A stretch of DNA of 64,000 bases, from NCBI GenBank assembly GCA_016711825.1, contig JADJSG010000006.1, forward strand, positions 717,232-781,231, written 5' to 3'. The notes beneath the pieces are model-generated. The model had not been told where the DNA came from and did not search any database. It saw nothing but the letters and a program-made list of their open reading frames with translations. Source of the stretch: Bacteroidota bacterium. Lineage in GTDB: Bacteria; Bacteroidota; Bacteroidia; Chitinophagales; Chitinophagaceae. This document shows positions 37,590 to 48,256 of this stretch, piece by piece (position 1 is the first letter of the stretch; every line of letters starts with the position of its first letter). A program made the position numbers and the translations under genes.

Positions 37590-39176
37590 TTAAAATGTGC
37601 TAATCACACCAATACGGGCACCACTAAAAGCGGGTTCATACCTACAAACGCCCCCTGTACAATTGATTCCTTCCACTTGTTTTACATACTGAGCTGTAAA
37701 TCTGTGTGCTCCTCTTGTATGAGCAATAAAGAAATTGGGGTAATGTTGTGCTTTATTTACATGTTTGTAATTGGGTGCAATATTATACATATCAGATACA
37801 GCAAAACTCCATTTAGAAGCTATACTAAATTCGAGCAAACCAAAAAACCAGGAACCAAAATCTTGTTTGGTATTCATATATTGTAACTCAGTTCGTATGG
37901 AACGACTGTCATTTATTTTATAGACTACCTCTACAAAAGGGGTTAATGCAATAATATTAGGATAATTTGATTTGACTTTTTGTTGATATAAGGATTGGTT
38001 GTACACTAAATACTGGGCCCCTATATGAAATATAAAATCTTTTACACTTCGAATCTCAGCATCTACAAAAGCTTCACGATAAAGGGTATCACCAGCTAAG
38101 GTATTGATATGGGTATAGCTTATATTAAAGGAAACATTTTCATTGGGTGTAACAAATGCATTGATACCGCCACCCATTTCAGATAAATCTTGCGATGGTG
38201 GTGTATAACGGGCTATGAGTCGTTGAGGACGAATCTGGGCAATGATAGGTTGCCAATTGTAAAGCCCTTTGATGAGGGTTTCATTGGGTGATGTGCGCAT
38301 CATAAAATTTTCTGTTCGCTTAAAGTTGGCATTGATACCAAACTTAGCTTGAGAATACCCTAAAGTAGAATACAAAACATTGCCATTTAATCTTTTTAAT
38401 CCAATATCGGTTGATACTGCCTCGTGTGATTTATAAGCTGCTTCTACATACCAGGTAAAATCGCCAGCATTGAGGGTATTATAAAAGGTAGATGCAAATG
38501 AATTATAAACAGGTGTAAAACGATCGCTCATTGGGTAACTATTGATCGTAGAAATCACCTGATCCATACTAGCCTGATCCATGGTACGGTTTACAATACC
38601 AATACCCGGTGTAATATGAGCTGATTTGCCTAAATCTAAATCTCCTTCTGCAGCAAAACCCTTGAGAATGGGTTTATATCTATCAAATAAATTTTTTGTT
38701 TGTCCACTAAACCCTTTAACCGTTAAATACTTATTGGCTCTGTATTTAAGATGTAATCCAAAAAGGGCATTGTCAATGAGTAATCCCCTATCTTCATAGG
38801 CACGAAATATGATTCCGCTGCCGATTTGATCATATACATGACCAGCTGTAATTGTCAAATTTTGAAATTCTTTGCTTAAGCTATACATCCCTATTCCTGC
38901 AGCTGTGAGCGCACTGGTCGGTGTTTGTAAATTGGAATTTTGAAAGGCATCAAAACGAACAGTGGCGGTAAAACCTTTTACAGAATAACGCAAACCAAGC
39001 CAACCTTCACCACCACTTAAAAAATTATCATACAGTTGATTGCCTGATGCTTTGATATTGGTATCACGTTGAAAAAAATTGACATTCATCATTAAATCGC
39101 CAGAAAGATTCCCTTGTTGTGCATGACCTGCCATGACGATGAAAAGGAATAATACAACCAAATAGTGTTTACGCAT
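37590..39176 (-). CDS. Large outer-membrane beta-barrel (DUF6029-like)
   Basis: Signal peptide ...AGHA|QQ. 528 aa of alternating strand-like segments. C-terminal ...IGVISTF. Confidence 0.5.
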   Translation of the reverse strand: MRKHYLVVLFLFIVMAGHAQQGNLSGDLMMNVNFFQRDTNIKASGNQLYDNFLSGGEGWLGLRYSVKGFTATVRFDAFQNSNLQTPTSALTAAGIGMYSLSKEFQNLTITAGHVYDQIGSGIIFRAYEDRGLLIDNALFGLHLKYRANKYLTVKGFSGQTKNLFDRYKPILKGFAAEGDLDLGKSAHITPGIGIVNRTMDQASMDQVISTINSYPMSDRFTPVYNSFASTFYNTLNAGDFTWYVEAAYKSHEAVSTDIGLKRLNGNVLYSTLGYSQAKFGINANFKRTENFMMRTSPNETLIKGLYNWQPIIAQIRPQRLIARYTPPSQDLSEMGGGINAFVTPNENVSFNISYTHINTLAGDTLYREAFVDAEIRSVKDFIFHIGAQYLVYNQSLYQQKVKSNYPNIIALTPFVEVVYKINDSRSIRTELQYMNTKQDFGSWFFGLLEFSIASKWSFAVSDMYNIAPNYKHVNKAQHYPNFFIAHTRGAHRFTAQYVKQVEGINCTGGVCRYEPAFSGARIGVISTF

Positions 39177-39288
39177 GTATGGGAGTGTTGAAACAACAAA
39201 TATAAAAAAATGTTTGAGATAATAGGGTATTATCCATTGACTATTAGGCTAGGTAATGATTTATTGAGCTAAAAACTTCTCTTTATAT

Positions 39289-39296
39289 TATATTTG
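39289..39296 (+). promoter_or_regulatory. Candidate -7 box (TATATTTG)
   Basis: TAnnTTTG match 17 nt upstream of the ATG at 39313. Confidence 0.4.
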
Positions 39297-39312
39297 TCAT
39301 TAACATACACCT

Positions 39313-40095
39313 ATGAAAAAAATAATTATTTCTTCCATTATACTATTGATTATACAATCGAGTGCATCATTGGCCCAGCTCAAAATAAATTATGGCTTCA
39401 CCTTTGGTATGAGTCGAAATTTTAAAAACACCAAAGAAGAATCTTATAACCCTTATTTTTTTAATAACAAATCGGTCTATACAAAAACTGGATATACAAG
39501 TCCGGTATTGGGGTTGCATTCAACGCTTTACTATAAATTACTATATATGAGTGTTGGTGTTGAGTATAATCAATTAGGTGCTACATACTATTCATTTAAC
39601 GAAAGAGGGTATAACTCTTTAGATGCACAAAATAATGTACAAGTCAATAAATATTTTGATGCCAGTTTAACTAATTATCAATATAGTAAACTCAATATAC
39701 CCATAGCGTTAGGCATTAAAATACTGAATAAACATAGCTTAAGTCCATTTATATATGGCGGGCTTAATATCAATTATATTTTAAATGGAAACATTAACAC
39801 CCTTGAATCATTTCAAGATGCTAAAACAAAAGAAATAAGCACTAGAGAAACACCCATAGAAGTATTAGATAAAAATGATGGGTTTGAATTGATGGGTTCT
39901 AGAAAAAGATATCAACGTATGCTGGGTATTGGTTTACATTACAAAAATCATTTAAGTATCAAAGCTACCGTAAGAAGTCAACTATTTTTGTTTGTAACTG
40001 AAAAATCGGAACCAAATAATCAATGGGATTGTTTTGCATATATAAAAGATTACAGCAGTCGGGAGTTTTTATTGACTTTGCAATATCATTTTTAG
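39313..40095 (+). CDS. Outer-membrane beta-barrel protein
   Basis: Signal peptide ...SASLA|Q. Strand-like periodicity. C-terminal TLQYHF. Confidence 0.5.
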   Translation: MKKIIISSIILLIIQSSASLAQLKINYGFTFGMSRNFKNTKEESYNPYFFNNKSVYTKTGYTSPVLGLHSTLYYKLLYMSVGVEYNQLGATYYSFNERGYNSLDAQNNVQVNKYFDASLTNYQYSKLNIPIALGIKILNKHSLSPFIYGGLNINYILNGNINTLESFQDAKTKEISTRETPIEVLDKNDGFELMGSRKRYQRMLGIGLHYKNHLSIKATVRSQLFLFVTEKSEPNNQWDCFAYIKDYSSREFLLTLQYHF

Positions 40096-40126
40096 GTAAT
40101 AGAGTTTGCTTATAAAAACTAATGTT

Positions 40127-41125
40127 TTACTTTATTCCCAACTCATCACTCAATTGCAACATCCTGTCAATAGGTTTTTTGGCAGCTAATCGCAAGGTTT
40201 CATCCATTAATAATTCAGGTAATTCATACTTCATACACAAGTATAATTTCTCTAAGGTATTTAGTTTCATATGTGGACAATCATTGCAGGCACAACTATT
40301 ATTAGGGGGTGCAGGAATAAATGTTTTAGTTGGTGCATTTTTAATCATCTGATGTAAAATACCAGTTTCAGTACCTACAATAAATGATTGTGCAGGGTTA
40401 TGTTGTGCATAGTTTAAAAGTTGGGTTGTACTACCTATAAAATCTGCGATAGCCAATACGGCTTCTTCACATTCTGGATGAGCAATAAACTTCGCTTCTG
40501 GGTGACGTACTTTTAATTTGGTAATTTTTTCTAAACTAAATATTTCATGTACCATACAAGCTCCATTCCAAAGAAGCATATTTCTACCAGTTTGTTTATT
40601 AATAAAGGCACCTAAATTTTTATCTGGTGCAAAAATAATTTTTTGGTCTTTGGGTAAACTCTCAACAATTTTTTGTGCATTACTCGACGTACATATTATA
40701 TCACTCAATGCTTTGATACCAGCGCTGCAATTGATATATGAAATCACCAAATGATCAGGATGTTGTTCTTTAAAACGTTTAAACAAAGGAGGTGGACAAG
40801 AGTCGCTTAATGAACACCCAGCATGTAAATCAGGCAAAACCACTTTTTTGGTTGGATTTAAAATCTTTGCTGTTTCTGCCATAAAGTGAACACCCGCAAA
40901 TACAATCATATCAGCATCTGTTTCTTGTGCTTTGCGAGCCAGCCCTAAACTATCGCCAATATAATCTGCTACATCTTGTATATCACTCTCTTGATAATAA
41001 TGCGCAAGAACAATTGCTTTTTTTTCAATTTTTAATTTTTCGATTTCTTCAAATAAATTTAAAACCGGATCAATGTCAATATTTAAGTATCCTAATTTTT
41101 GTAGGTTATCAACTTCTTTATTCAT
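40127..41125 (-). CDS. nadA: Quinolinate synthase
   Basis: 332 aa. [23 protein letters not shown] and CxxC..MK motifs are collinear with NadA. Confidence 0.92.
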   Translation of the reverse strand: MNKEVDNLQKLGYLNIDIDPVLNLFEEIEKLKIEKKAIVLAHYYQESDIQDVADYIGDSLGLARKAQETDADMIVFAGVHFMAETAKILNPTKKVVLPDLHAGCSLSDSCPPPLFKRFKEQHPDHLVISYINCSAGIKALSDIICTSSNAQKIVESLPKDQKIIFAPDKNLGAFINKQTGRNMLLWNGACMVHEIFSLEKITKLKVRHPEAKFIAHPECEEAVLAIADFIGSTTQLLNYAQHNPAQSFIVGTETGILHQMIKNAPTKTFIPAPPNNSCACNDCPHMKLNTLEKLYLCMKYELPELLMDETLRLAAKKPIDRMLQLSDELGIK

Positions 41126-41604
41126 AATATTAATTATAAAATTTTTTTTTAAAAAGAAAAAGATATTGCTATTATTAGCACTGTGAATACGTGTATAAAT
41201 AATAGTTATCCCTATTGCAAATGTGAACCTTTTTTGATTATTAAGATGTAATTCACATCATATATTTTTTTTCCAACAATTTAATTTTTTCCAGGCTTCT
41301 GTAAAAACAAGGTAAAATAGACATTTTTAGCCAATAGACATGCTTACTTTTAAATACTAAATGAAAATAAGTGTATAAACCTGCTGTAGAAAATTTGTTT
41401 GCCTGTGGATTGTGAATCTATGATTTAAAAGACATGTAGAAATCGCCCTTCATCCACATAATGAATGGCAGAATAGCTGCTTAGGTGTATAAACTACAAA
41501 TTACACCAAAGTAATCCACACCTAAAAAACCCAAAATCTGTTCAAAAACACCTTAATTATGTAAATGAACTTAAAAAAACTTTGCAAAACCAATGCAAAA
41601 CCTC

Positions 41605-41612
41605 TATTTTTG
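41605..41612 (+). promoter_or_regulatory. Candidate -7 box (TATTTTTG) with TTTG -33 element at 41581-41584
   Basis: TTTG-N20-TATTTTTG, 26 nt upstream of the ATG at 41638. Confidence 0.45.
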
Positions 41613-41637
41613 CACACCTTTAAAAAATGTTAATAAT

Positions 41638-43746
41638 ATGTCGGTAATTCAAACCATCAGAAATAAATATATCGGATTCGTAGTCGGAGCCATTGTTATA
41701 GCCCTTATCGGCTTTTTAGTCATGGATGCTATGCAAAGTAATGTGCGTAGTGTATTCAGTGGCGACCAAACCTTATTGGCCGACATCAATGGCACAAGAG
41801 TAGAAGCTAAAGAGTTTGAAGCTTTGCGAAGTAAATATGAAGAAAATATCAAATCAAGAGAAAAAGGTAAAACCTTGACTGATGAAGAAAGAACACAAGC
41901 TTCAGACCAGGCATGGACTGATATTGTAAATGAAACCCTTGTAGGGCATGAATCTGAAAAATTAGGTATCGAACTAACAGATAAAGAATTGCAAGATATG
42001 CTTACAGGTCCTTATGCTGACCCAATGATACAACAAAGTTTTTCGGATCCTAATACCGGCATTTTTGATCCTAGTAGAGTAAGTCAATACTTAAATAATT
42101 TAAGTCAAGATAAAACAGGCGTTGAAAGAGCAAAATGGAAAGATTTTGAAGATGCCATTATTAAAGCCAAAAAAATTGCTAAGTATAATGACATGATTAT
42201 AAAAGGAATTTATATACCCTCATTTGTGGTAAAACAAATGGGTAAAGAAAATTCATCGATGGCTTCTATCGATTATGTGCAAATTCCTTATGCTACAATC
42301 AGCGATAGCACAGTACAAATTACGGATGCAGAGATTACTGACTATATGAAGAAAAATGAGAAATTGTTTACTACTTTAGAAGCAGTAGCAAGAGCTGAAT
42401 ATGTAACATTCGACATTATACCTTCAAGTGCAGATACTGCTGAAAGTTTAGGCGCATTAAATGGTATGAAAGAAGAATTTACCACTACAAGCGATAATGA
42501 AGCTTTTGTGGCAAAAAATTCTGAAGAATCTATGAGAGATTTTTATTACAACGAAAAAACATTAGAAGCACCAGTACCATTAGATGTTATAAATTCAGCT
42601 ATTGGCTCGGTTACCGGTCCATTTTATTTTAAAGATGGTTATAAAATGATCAAAGTATTGGATAAAAAACAATTACCCGATAGTGTACAAGCATCTCATA
42701 TATTATTGGCAGTAGGTGAACAAAGAACTGAAGAAGCAGCTAAAGCAGGTATTGACAGTATTGATGCCATGATTAAAGCAGGTGCAGATTTTGGACAGCT
42801 GGCAGCAGCAAGATCTGATGATCAGGGAAGTGCAAAAAAAGGCGGCGATTTAGGTTTTTTACCACAAGGTATTATCAGTACAGAATTTAGCGACGCTTGT
42901 TTTAATGGCAAAGTCGGCGATATCAAAATCGTGAAATCGCAGTATGGCTACCATATTGTAAAAGTAACAGCCCAAAAAGATTTTAAACCAGCTGTAAAAG
43001 TGGCTGTGGTAAGTAAAGTATTGCAACCAGGTACTGCTACAACACAAGCAGCATTTGCAAAAGCCAATGATTTTATCACCCAAGCTAAAGACGCCAAAAC
43101 GTTTACTGAAACAGCTAAGAAAATGGGTAAAGACAAACGTATAGCAGATAGAATCACCAAAACCCAATCATTGGTTCAAGGTCTTGGTAATGCCAGAGAC
43201 TTTACAAGATGGACTTTTGACGCTAAAATAGGAGCTGTATCACCCATCTTTAATTTAGATGATAAATGTATTGTGGCTAATTTAGTTTCACGTCAGGAAA
43301 AAGGAAGCATGCCAGATATTGCAAGCATCAAACCACAGCTTGAAAATATCTTAAAAAGAGAGAAAAAAGCAAAAATGATTGCTGAGAAATATAAAGGGAA
43401 AACAAATTTAGATGAAATCGCTGCAGCTAACCAAACACAAGTGATGACAGCCGATACGGTAAATTATATGCAAGGAAGTGCTACGTTAAGTGGAGAACCA
43501 AAAGTAATAGGAGCTGCATTTGATAAATCATTGACAGGTAAAGTATCAGCGGGTATTGGTGGTGAACAAGGCGTGTATTTTGTAAAAGTAAAAAACATTG
43601 TAGATGGTACTGAGCCTGATGCAACGATGCAAATGATTATGCGTAGACAAACTGAGCAGCAGCTTACATCACAAGCCACACAAATGATATCGTTTATATT
43701 AAAAAGAAATGCTAAGATTGACGATAGAAGAGGTAATTTTTACTAA
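41638..43746 (+). CDS. PpiD/SurA-like periplasmic chaperone with parvulin PPIase domain
   Basis: N-terminal TM anchor (IGFVVGAIVIALIGFLV). Parvulin motif ASHILL...GGDLGFL...YGYHIVKV. The ATG at 41638 is chosen because the ORF-track start overlaps the promoter. Confidence 0.8.
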   Translation: MSVIQTIRNKYIGFVVGAIVIALIGFLVMDAMQSNVRSVFSGDQTLLADINGTRVEAKEFEALRSKYEENIKSREKGKTLTDEERTQASDQAWTDIVNETLVGHESEKLGIELTDKELQDMLTGPYADPMIQQSFSDPNTGIFDPSRVSQYLNNLSQDKTGVERAKWKDFEDAIIKAKKIAKYNDMIIKGIYIPSFVVKQMGKENSSMASIDYVQIPYATISDSTVQITDAEITDYMKKNEKLFTTLEAVARAEYVTFDIIPSSADTAESLGALNGMKEEFTTTSDNEAFVAKNSEESMRDFYYNEKTLEAPVPLDVINSAIGSVTGPFYFKDGYKMIKVLDKKQLPDSVQASHILLAVGEQRTEEAAKAGIDSIDAMIKAGADFGQLAAARSDDQGSAKKGGDLGFLPQGIISTEFSDACFNGKVGDIKIVKSQYGYHIVKVTAQKDFKPAVKVAVVSKVLQPGTATTQAAFAKANDFITQAKDAKTFTETAKKMGKDKRIADRITKTQSLVQGLGNARDFTRWTFDAKIGAVSPIFNLDDKCIVANLVSRQEKGSMPDIASIKPQLENILKREKKAKMIAEKYKGKTNLDEIAAANQTQVMTADTVNYMQGSATLSGEPKVIGAAFDKSLTGKVSAGIGGEQGVYFVKVKNIVDGTEPDATMQMIMRRQTEQQLTSQATQMISFILKRNAKIDDRRGNFY

Positions 43747-43803
43747 TAACTATTTGTCATAAAATGATTTAGAGATTTAAATAAATCCCCTATCAAAATA
43801 ATT

Positions 43804-43836
43804 AAAACGTCCACACAACATGTGGACGTTTTTTTA
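43804..43836. terminator. Bidirectional intrinsic terminator
   Basis: AAAACGTCCACA-caaca-TGTGGACGTTTTTTT between convergent genes. Confidence 0.8.
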
Positions 43837-43889
43837 TTGTCAAATTGTTATATAAGATACTTACGTCAGAGTAAGAAAAATGCAAACAT

Positions 43890-44408
43890 CTACAAACTTT
43901 TTACAAACCAATAATCTGTTTGGGGTGTGGTGCCTAATGGAAAATCATTTTCTTTGCCAGTATTCACAAATCCTATTTTTTCATAAAACCCCCTTGCCCT
44001 GAAATTATATTCCCATACACTCAAATACATTTTTTCATAGTTTCGTTCTCTGGCAAAATCAAATGCAAACTGCATCAGGTCGGTGGCGACACTGGTACCA
44101 TGATATTCTTTCAACACATATAAACGAACCAATTCTATGCATTTAAAGGGTTTTAATTCCTCTAATGGGTATTCGTGTATATCGTTGATTCTAATATAGC
44201 CTTTGACGATGCCATCTTCTTCTAAAAAATAGAAATTATCATTTTCATCTTGTAAATCAATTTTACATTGAGCCAGATTAAAAAATTTATCCAATACAAA
44301 TTTCATGTCTTCTTTGGTGCAGGTGCCACCAAAAGTGTCGTCAAATGTTTTAACTCCTATTGTATGTAAAAGTTGTACATCGTTGATAGTGCCTTTTCGG
44401 ATGTTCAT
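43890..44408 (-). CDS. GNAT family N-acetyltransferase
   Basis: 172 aa. RLYVLKEYHGTSVATDLMQ (acetyl-CoA-binding Q/RxxGxG/A-like region) and FYEKIGF. Confidence 0.8.
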   Translation of the reverse strand: MNIRKGTINDVQLLHTIGVKTFDDTFGGTCTKEDMKFVLDKFFNLAQCKIDLQDENDNFYFLEEDGIVKGYIRINDIHEYPLEELKPFKCIELVRLYVLKEYHGTSVATDLMQFAFDFARERNYEKMYLSVWEYNFRARGFYEKIGFVNTGKENDFPLGTTPQTDYWFVKSL

Positions 44409-44481
44409 GCAGTAAAGATAAATTTTTTAGATCACAGATTGAACTGATTAAAAGCGATGAATGATATTCATTCAATGTTTC

Positions 44482-44516
44482 ATAAAAAAATGGAACACAT
44501 CACTGCATTCCATGCT
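44482..44516 (-). terminator. Intrinsic terminator, copy 1 of a 35-bp direct repeat
   Basis: Minus-strand RNA reads AUGGAAUGCA-gugA-UGUGUUCCAU then U7: a 10-bp stem with two G-U pairs. 33/35 identical to 45042-45076. Confidence 0.7.
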
Positions 44517-44811
44517 ACAATTTCAACTTATCTGGGTTTTGTCTATTATCAAAAATGGAAAGTATTTCTATTGTATTTTCCTTTTCATTAAATTCATAAT
44601 AAAGAGAAACATTTTTATGTAATACAATTTTTCTAACATTGTCTGAAATAATTGGAAATGATGTTGGATTTTTATGAATCATTGAAATGTTTTGACTGAC
44701 TAAATTTTCAAACTCAACAATAATTTCTACATTCCAAATCATCATTAAAAATTCAATCATTCTTGCATATTCACTGATTGCAATTGGAGACCAAACTATT
44801 TTTTCAACCAT
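44515..44811 (-). CDS. RelE/ParE-family type II toxin
   Basis: 98 aa. IVWSPIA...Y...I start and the C-terminal IEILSIFDNRQNP motif are typical of ParE/RelE toxins of Bacteroidetes. Confidence 0.65.
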   Translation of the reverse strand: MVEKIVWSPIAISEYARMIEFLMMIWNVEIIVEFENLVSQNISMIHKNPTSFPIISDNVRKIVLHKNVSLYYEFNEKENTIEILSIFDNRQNPDKLKL

Positions 44812-45014
44812 TCTTTAGCCATTTTCATTACTTCTTCATGTGGTACACCTTTTCCATCTTTAATTTGTTTCCTGCTTATTTTAATGCTCTCTAATACAGA
44901 TTCAGGAATAGCTGAATGATATGAATGTAAATATTCTTTTATTTCAAGCAATACATCTTCACTTACATGATCAAGCTCTTCAATAATTTGGGCTTTTAAT
45001 TTTAATACATTCAT
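44796..45014 (-). CDS. Putative cognate antitoxin
   Basis: 72 aa, helical and acidic. It lies upstream of the toxin and overlaps it by 16 nt. Confidence 0.5.
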   Translation of the reverse strand: MNVLKLKAQIIEELDHVSEDVLLEIKEYLHSYHSAIPESVLESIKISRKQIKDGKGVPHEEVMKMAKEWLKK

Positions 45015-45041
45015 GAAAAGTTTTTTACTTATGTAAAAATA

Positions 45042-45076
45042 ATAAAAAAATGGAACACATTACTGCATTCCATTCT
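45042..45076 (-). terminator. fumC intrinsic terminator, copy 2 of the 35-bp direct repeat
   Basis: Same hairpin with a GUAA loop and U7, 24 nt downstream of the fumC stop. Confidence 0.75.
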
Positions 45077-45099
45077 CAAATCTCTCTACGCTTTTCTAT

Positions 45100-46494
45100 T
45101 TACAATCCACACATTTCTTCTGGCTTCACCCAGGCGTCAAATTCTTTATCGGTTACATAACCTAATTTCACAGCCATTTCTTTTAAGGTAGTTCCTTCTT
45201 TATGTGCTTTTTGCGCAATTTCAGCTGATTTATAATAGCCAATTTTTGTGTTCAATGCCGTTACCAACATCAATGAATTATCTAAATGTTTTTTGATGTT
45301 TGCTTTAATAGGTTCCAAACCAATAGCACATTTATCATTAAACGAAACACAACCTTCACCAATCAATCGAGCACTATGTAAGAAGTTATAAATCATCATC
45401 GGTTTAAACACATTCAATTCAAAATGACCCATGCTTCCACCTACTGTTATTGCTACGTCATTTCCCATCACTTGTGCAGCAATCATGGTTAGTGCTTCAC
45501 ATTGTGTAGGATTTACTTTACCAGGCATGATAGAACTTCCAGGTTCATTGTCAGGAATAAAAATTTCACCAATGCCAGAACGTGGACCTGATGACAACAT
45601 ACGAACATCATTCGCTATTTTCATTAAGCTAACGGCCACTGTTTTCAATGCACCATGTGCTTCTACAATAGCATCGTGAGCTGCTAATGATTCAAATTTA
45701 TTTTCAGCTGTCACAAATGGAAGCTTGGTTAATTTTGCAATATGTTTGGCTACATTTTTTGCATAGTTTTTGGGTGTATTAATGCCCGTTCCCACAGCAG
45801 TTCCACCTAAGGCCAATTCGCTTAAATGGGCTAAGGAGTTTTTGATGGCTTTTAAACCATGATCGAGTTGAGATACATAACCACTAAATTCTTGTCCAAC
45901 CGTCAAGGGTGTTGCATCCATAAAATGGGTACGACCAATTTTAACCACATTCATAAAACGCTTCGATTTTTTATCTAAGGTATTTCGTAGTTTGGTGATA
46001 CCGGGTATAGTCGTTTCCATCAACATTTTATAAGCAGCAATGTGCATCGCCGTTGGGAACGTATCATTGCTACTTTGGCTTTTGTTTACATCATCGTTAG
46101 GGTGCAAAAACTTTTCTTTATCTTTTAATTTTCCTCCCATCAACACATGACCACGATAGGCAATGACCTCATTGCAATTCATATTGCTTTGGGTACCACT
46201 ACCTGTTTGCCATACCACCAACGGAAAGGCATCGGCATGTTTACCTTCTAAAATTTCATCACACACTTTGCCTATTAATTCGCATTTTTCTTTGCTTAAA
46301 ACTTTTGCTTCCATATTGGTAATAGCAGCTGCTTTTTTCAAATACGCAAAAGCCTCAATAATTTCTTTGGGCATACGATTAATGTCTTGTGCAATTTTAA
46401 AATTGTCGATAGAGCGTTGTGTTTGTGCGCCATAAATAGCGTTCATGGGTACTGAAACCTCACCCATCGTGTCTTTTTCGATTCTGAAACTCAT
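45100..46494 (-). CDS. fumC: Class II fumarate hydratase
   Basis: [15 protein letters not shown] signature. 464 aa. Confidence 0.95.
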   Translation of the reverse strand: MSFRIEKDTMGEVSVPMNAIYGAQTQRSIDNFKIAQDINRMPKEIIEAFAYLKKAAAITNMEAKVLSKEKCELIGKVCDEILEGKHADAFPLVVWQTGSGTQSNMNCNEVIAYRGHVLMGGKLKDKEKFLHPNDDVNKSQSSNDTFPTAMHIAAYKMLMETTIPGITKLRNTLDKKSKRFMNVVKIGRTHFMDATPLTVGQEFSGYVSQLDHGLKAIKNSLAHLSELALGGTAVGTGINTPKNYAKNVAKHIAKLTKLPFVTAENKFESLAAHDAIVEAHGALKTVAVSLMKIANDVRMLSSGPRSGIGEIFIPDNEPGSSIMPGKVNPTQCEALTMIAAQVMGNDVAITVGGSMGHFELNVFKPMMIYNFLHSARLIGEGCVSFNDKCAIGLEPIKANIKKHLDNSLMLVTALNTKIGYYKSAEIAQKAHKEGTTLKEMAVKLGYVTDKEFDAWVKPEEMCGL

Positions 46495-46541
46495 TGTGTT
46501 TTTTTAATTGATTAATGTAATAGAAAAGTGCGCAAAGGTAA

Positions 46542-47624
46542 TTATTTATTCATATAATTTGTTTCATACGCTCGCATGATATGTATCAGTTGTTGTACAT
46601 TGTCTAAAGTTTGTGCATTATACATCGAAACACGTAATCCTCCGGTAATCTTATGACCTTTAATACCAATGATATGGTGTTGTTCACAAAAATCAATAAA
46701 GGCTTGTTCCATTTCAGCAGATTGCATGGTAAAGCAGGCATTCATATAACTTCTATCTTCAGCTTGAATATTATTTTCAAACAAGCTGTTACGATCTATT
46801 TCTGCATACAACGCTTTTGCTTTTTGATGATTGATGGCTTCCATTGTTGCGACACCGCCTTGTGCTTTAAGCCAACGCAAATTTAATAAGGATATATACG
46901 TAGCCAAAACGGGTGGTGTATAATAATTTGATTTTTTGGCTGCAAGCAATTGATAGTTAAATACTGGTGGTATATGAGTATTTGATCGGGCTAAAAAATC
47001 TTTCTTGACTATGGCTATACTTAAACCGGCAGGACCTATATTTTTTTGTGCACAAGCATAGGCAAAATCAATTTTATCAAAGTCAATGATCCGACTTAAA
47101 ATATCACTACTCATGTCGATAATGAGTGGACTATCTACAGTGGGTATTTGATGAAACTGTGTACCATAAATGGTATTGTTACTCGTTAAATGAATATATG
47201 CATAGCCATTGCTGGCCTTAAATTCGGTGGCCTTCGGAATACATGTGTATTGTTTTTGTTGGGAAGAGGCGATGGTATTGGTGTTGCCATAATAGGCTGC
47301 ATACATCATCGCCTGATGTGCCCAGTAACCTGTATCGATAAAACCCGCTGCCGTTTCTTTCGACAAAAAATTCATTGGAATTTGGGCAAATTGAAGTCTG
47401 CCCCCTCCTTGTAATAATAATACTTCATGATCATGATTAAGGCATAATAACTCACGCAGCAAATGCAAGGTCTCTGCCAAAATATTTTGAAATAAGGTAC
47501 TTCGATGTGATATTTCTGCTACAGATATACCCTCGTTGCTTAAATCTAAAATACCTTCTGAAGCTTGCTGCAATACAACTTCGGGTAAAGTGGCAGGACC
47601 TGCATTAAATATTATTTTTCGCAT
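46542..47624 (-). CDS. serC: 3-phosphoserine aminotransferase
   Basis: IFNAGPATLPEVVLQQA N-terminus. 360 aa. AQKNIGPAG (PLP Lys). Confidence 0.88.
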   Translation of the reverse strand: MRKIIFNAGPATLPEVVLQQASEGILDLSNEGISVAEISHRSTLFQNILAETLHLLRELLCLNHDHEVLLLQGGGRLQFAQIPMNFLSKETAAGFIDTGYWAHQAMMYAAYYGNTNTIASSQQKQYTCIPKATEFKASNGYAYIHLTSNNTIYGTQFHQIPTVDSPLIIDMSSDILSRIIDFDKIDFAYACAQKNIGPAGLSIAIVKKDFLARSNTHIPPVFNYQLLAAKKSNYYTPPVLATYISLLNLRWLKAQGGVATMEAINHQKAKALYAEIDRNSLFENNIQAEDRSYMNACFTMQSAEMEQAFIDFCEQHHIIGIKGHKITGGLRVSMYNAQTLDNVQQLIHIMRAYETNYMNK

Positions 47625-47632
47625 CTTAGGGC

Positions 47633-48238
47633 TTATCTGTTTTCATGTATTTCTATATCAGTAGCCTGTTCTTCATCGTATCCGGTAACACCTCCGCTAA
47701 CAGCCATTTTCATTGCATCTGAAGGATTAATATCTAAGGGTGTCACATTTTCTTTATCAACAATTACAAGCATGCCACTGACAGCATAGGAATGTGGCAT
47801 ATACACAGCCACTTTGTTTTCAAACCCGAGTTTGCTTAAATTTTTTTGGGTAATAAATCCGATTTGATATACCTCAGGATTGATTCTGATTTTGACCAAT
47901 ACGGGTTTATTAAATTTCTTTTTTTCACCCATAAAACTTTCCACAACATCTTTGACAGAGCCATAAATAAATTTTAAAAAGGGGGTCCGTTCTAATATAT
48001 TGTCAAAAAAATTGATCAGGAGTTTCCACAATAAAAAAGTGCTCCCTAGCCAGCCTATCAGTATCAACGATGAAATAACAATCACAAAACCAACTCCTCT
48101 TGGTAAGGATGGAATACGTGTAGAACTGTCTATAAAATCAAATACGGAGTAGGCGGCCCATGCTGTAATAGCCAATGGAGATACAATGATAATGCCTTGA
48201 AAAAAGTATTTGAGTAAAAGGGTGGCGAGTTTTCGCAT
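47633..48238 (-). CDS. DUF502-like membrane protein
   Basis: Two N-terminal TM segments, then ERTPFLKFIYGSVKDV and YMPHSYAVSGMLVIV motifs. Confidence 0.65.
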   Translation of the reverse strand: MRKLATLLLKYFFQGIIIVSPLAITAWAAYSVFDFIDSSTRIPSLPRGVGFVIVISSLILIGWLGSTFLLWKLLINFFDNILERTPFLKFIYGSVKDVVESFMGEKKKFNKPVLVKIRINPEVYQIGFITQKNLSKLGFENKVAVYMPHSYAVSGMLVIVDKENVTPLDINPSDAMKMAVSGGVTGYDEEQATDIEIHENR

Positions 48239-48256
48239 GATGCAAAGGTAAAATTA

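Noticed and set aside
41404-41520. A cluster of DnaA-box-like 9-mers in the 460-bp AT-rich gap between nadA and the PpiD-like gene, considered as a possible oriC: TGTGGATTG at 41404-41412, TCATCCACA at 41450-41458 and TAATCCACA at 41512-41520.
   Set aside because: There are only three boxes, each with 1-2 mismatches to TTATCCACA. No perfect box is present and there is no dnaA/dnaN nearby. No clear strand-bias switch of genes occurs at this point. GC skew cannot be computed by eye. A cumulative GC-skew plot plus an Ori-Finder-type scan of the full genome would settle it.
44431-44460. ATCACAGATTGAACTGATTAAAAGCG between the GNAT gene and the TA cassette, considered as another member of the GAAC..CAGAT repeat family.
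   Set aside because: The two half-motifs occur in the opposite order (CACAGAT then TGAAC) and only once, which is too short to separate from chance in AT-rich DNA.
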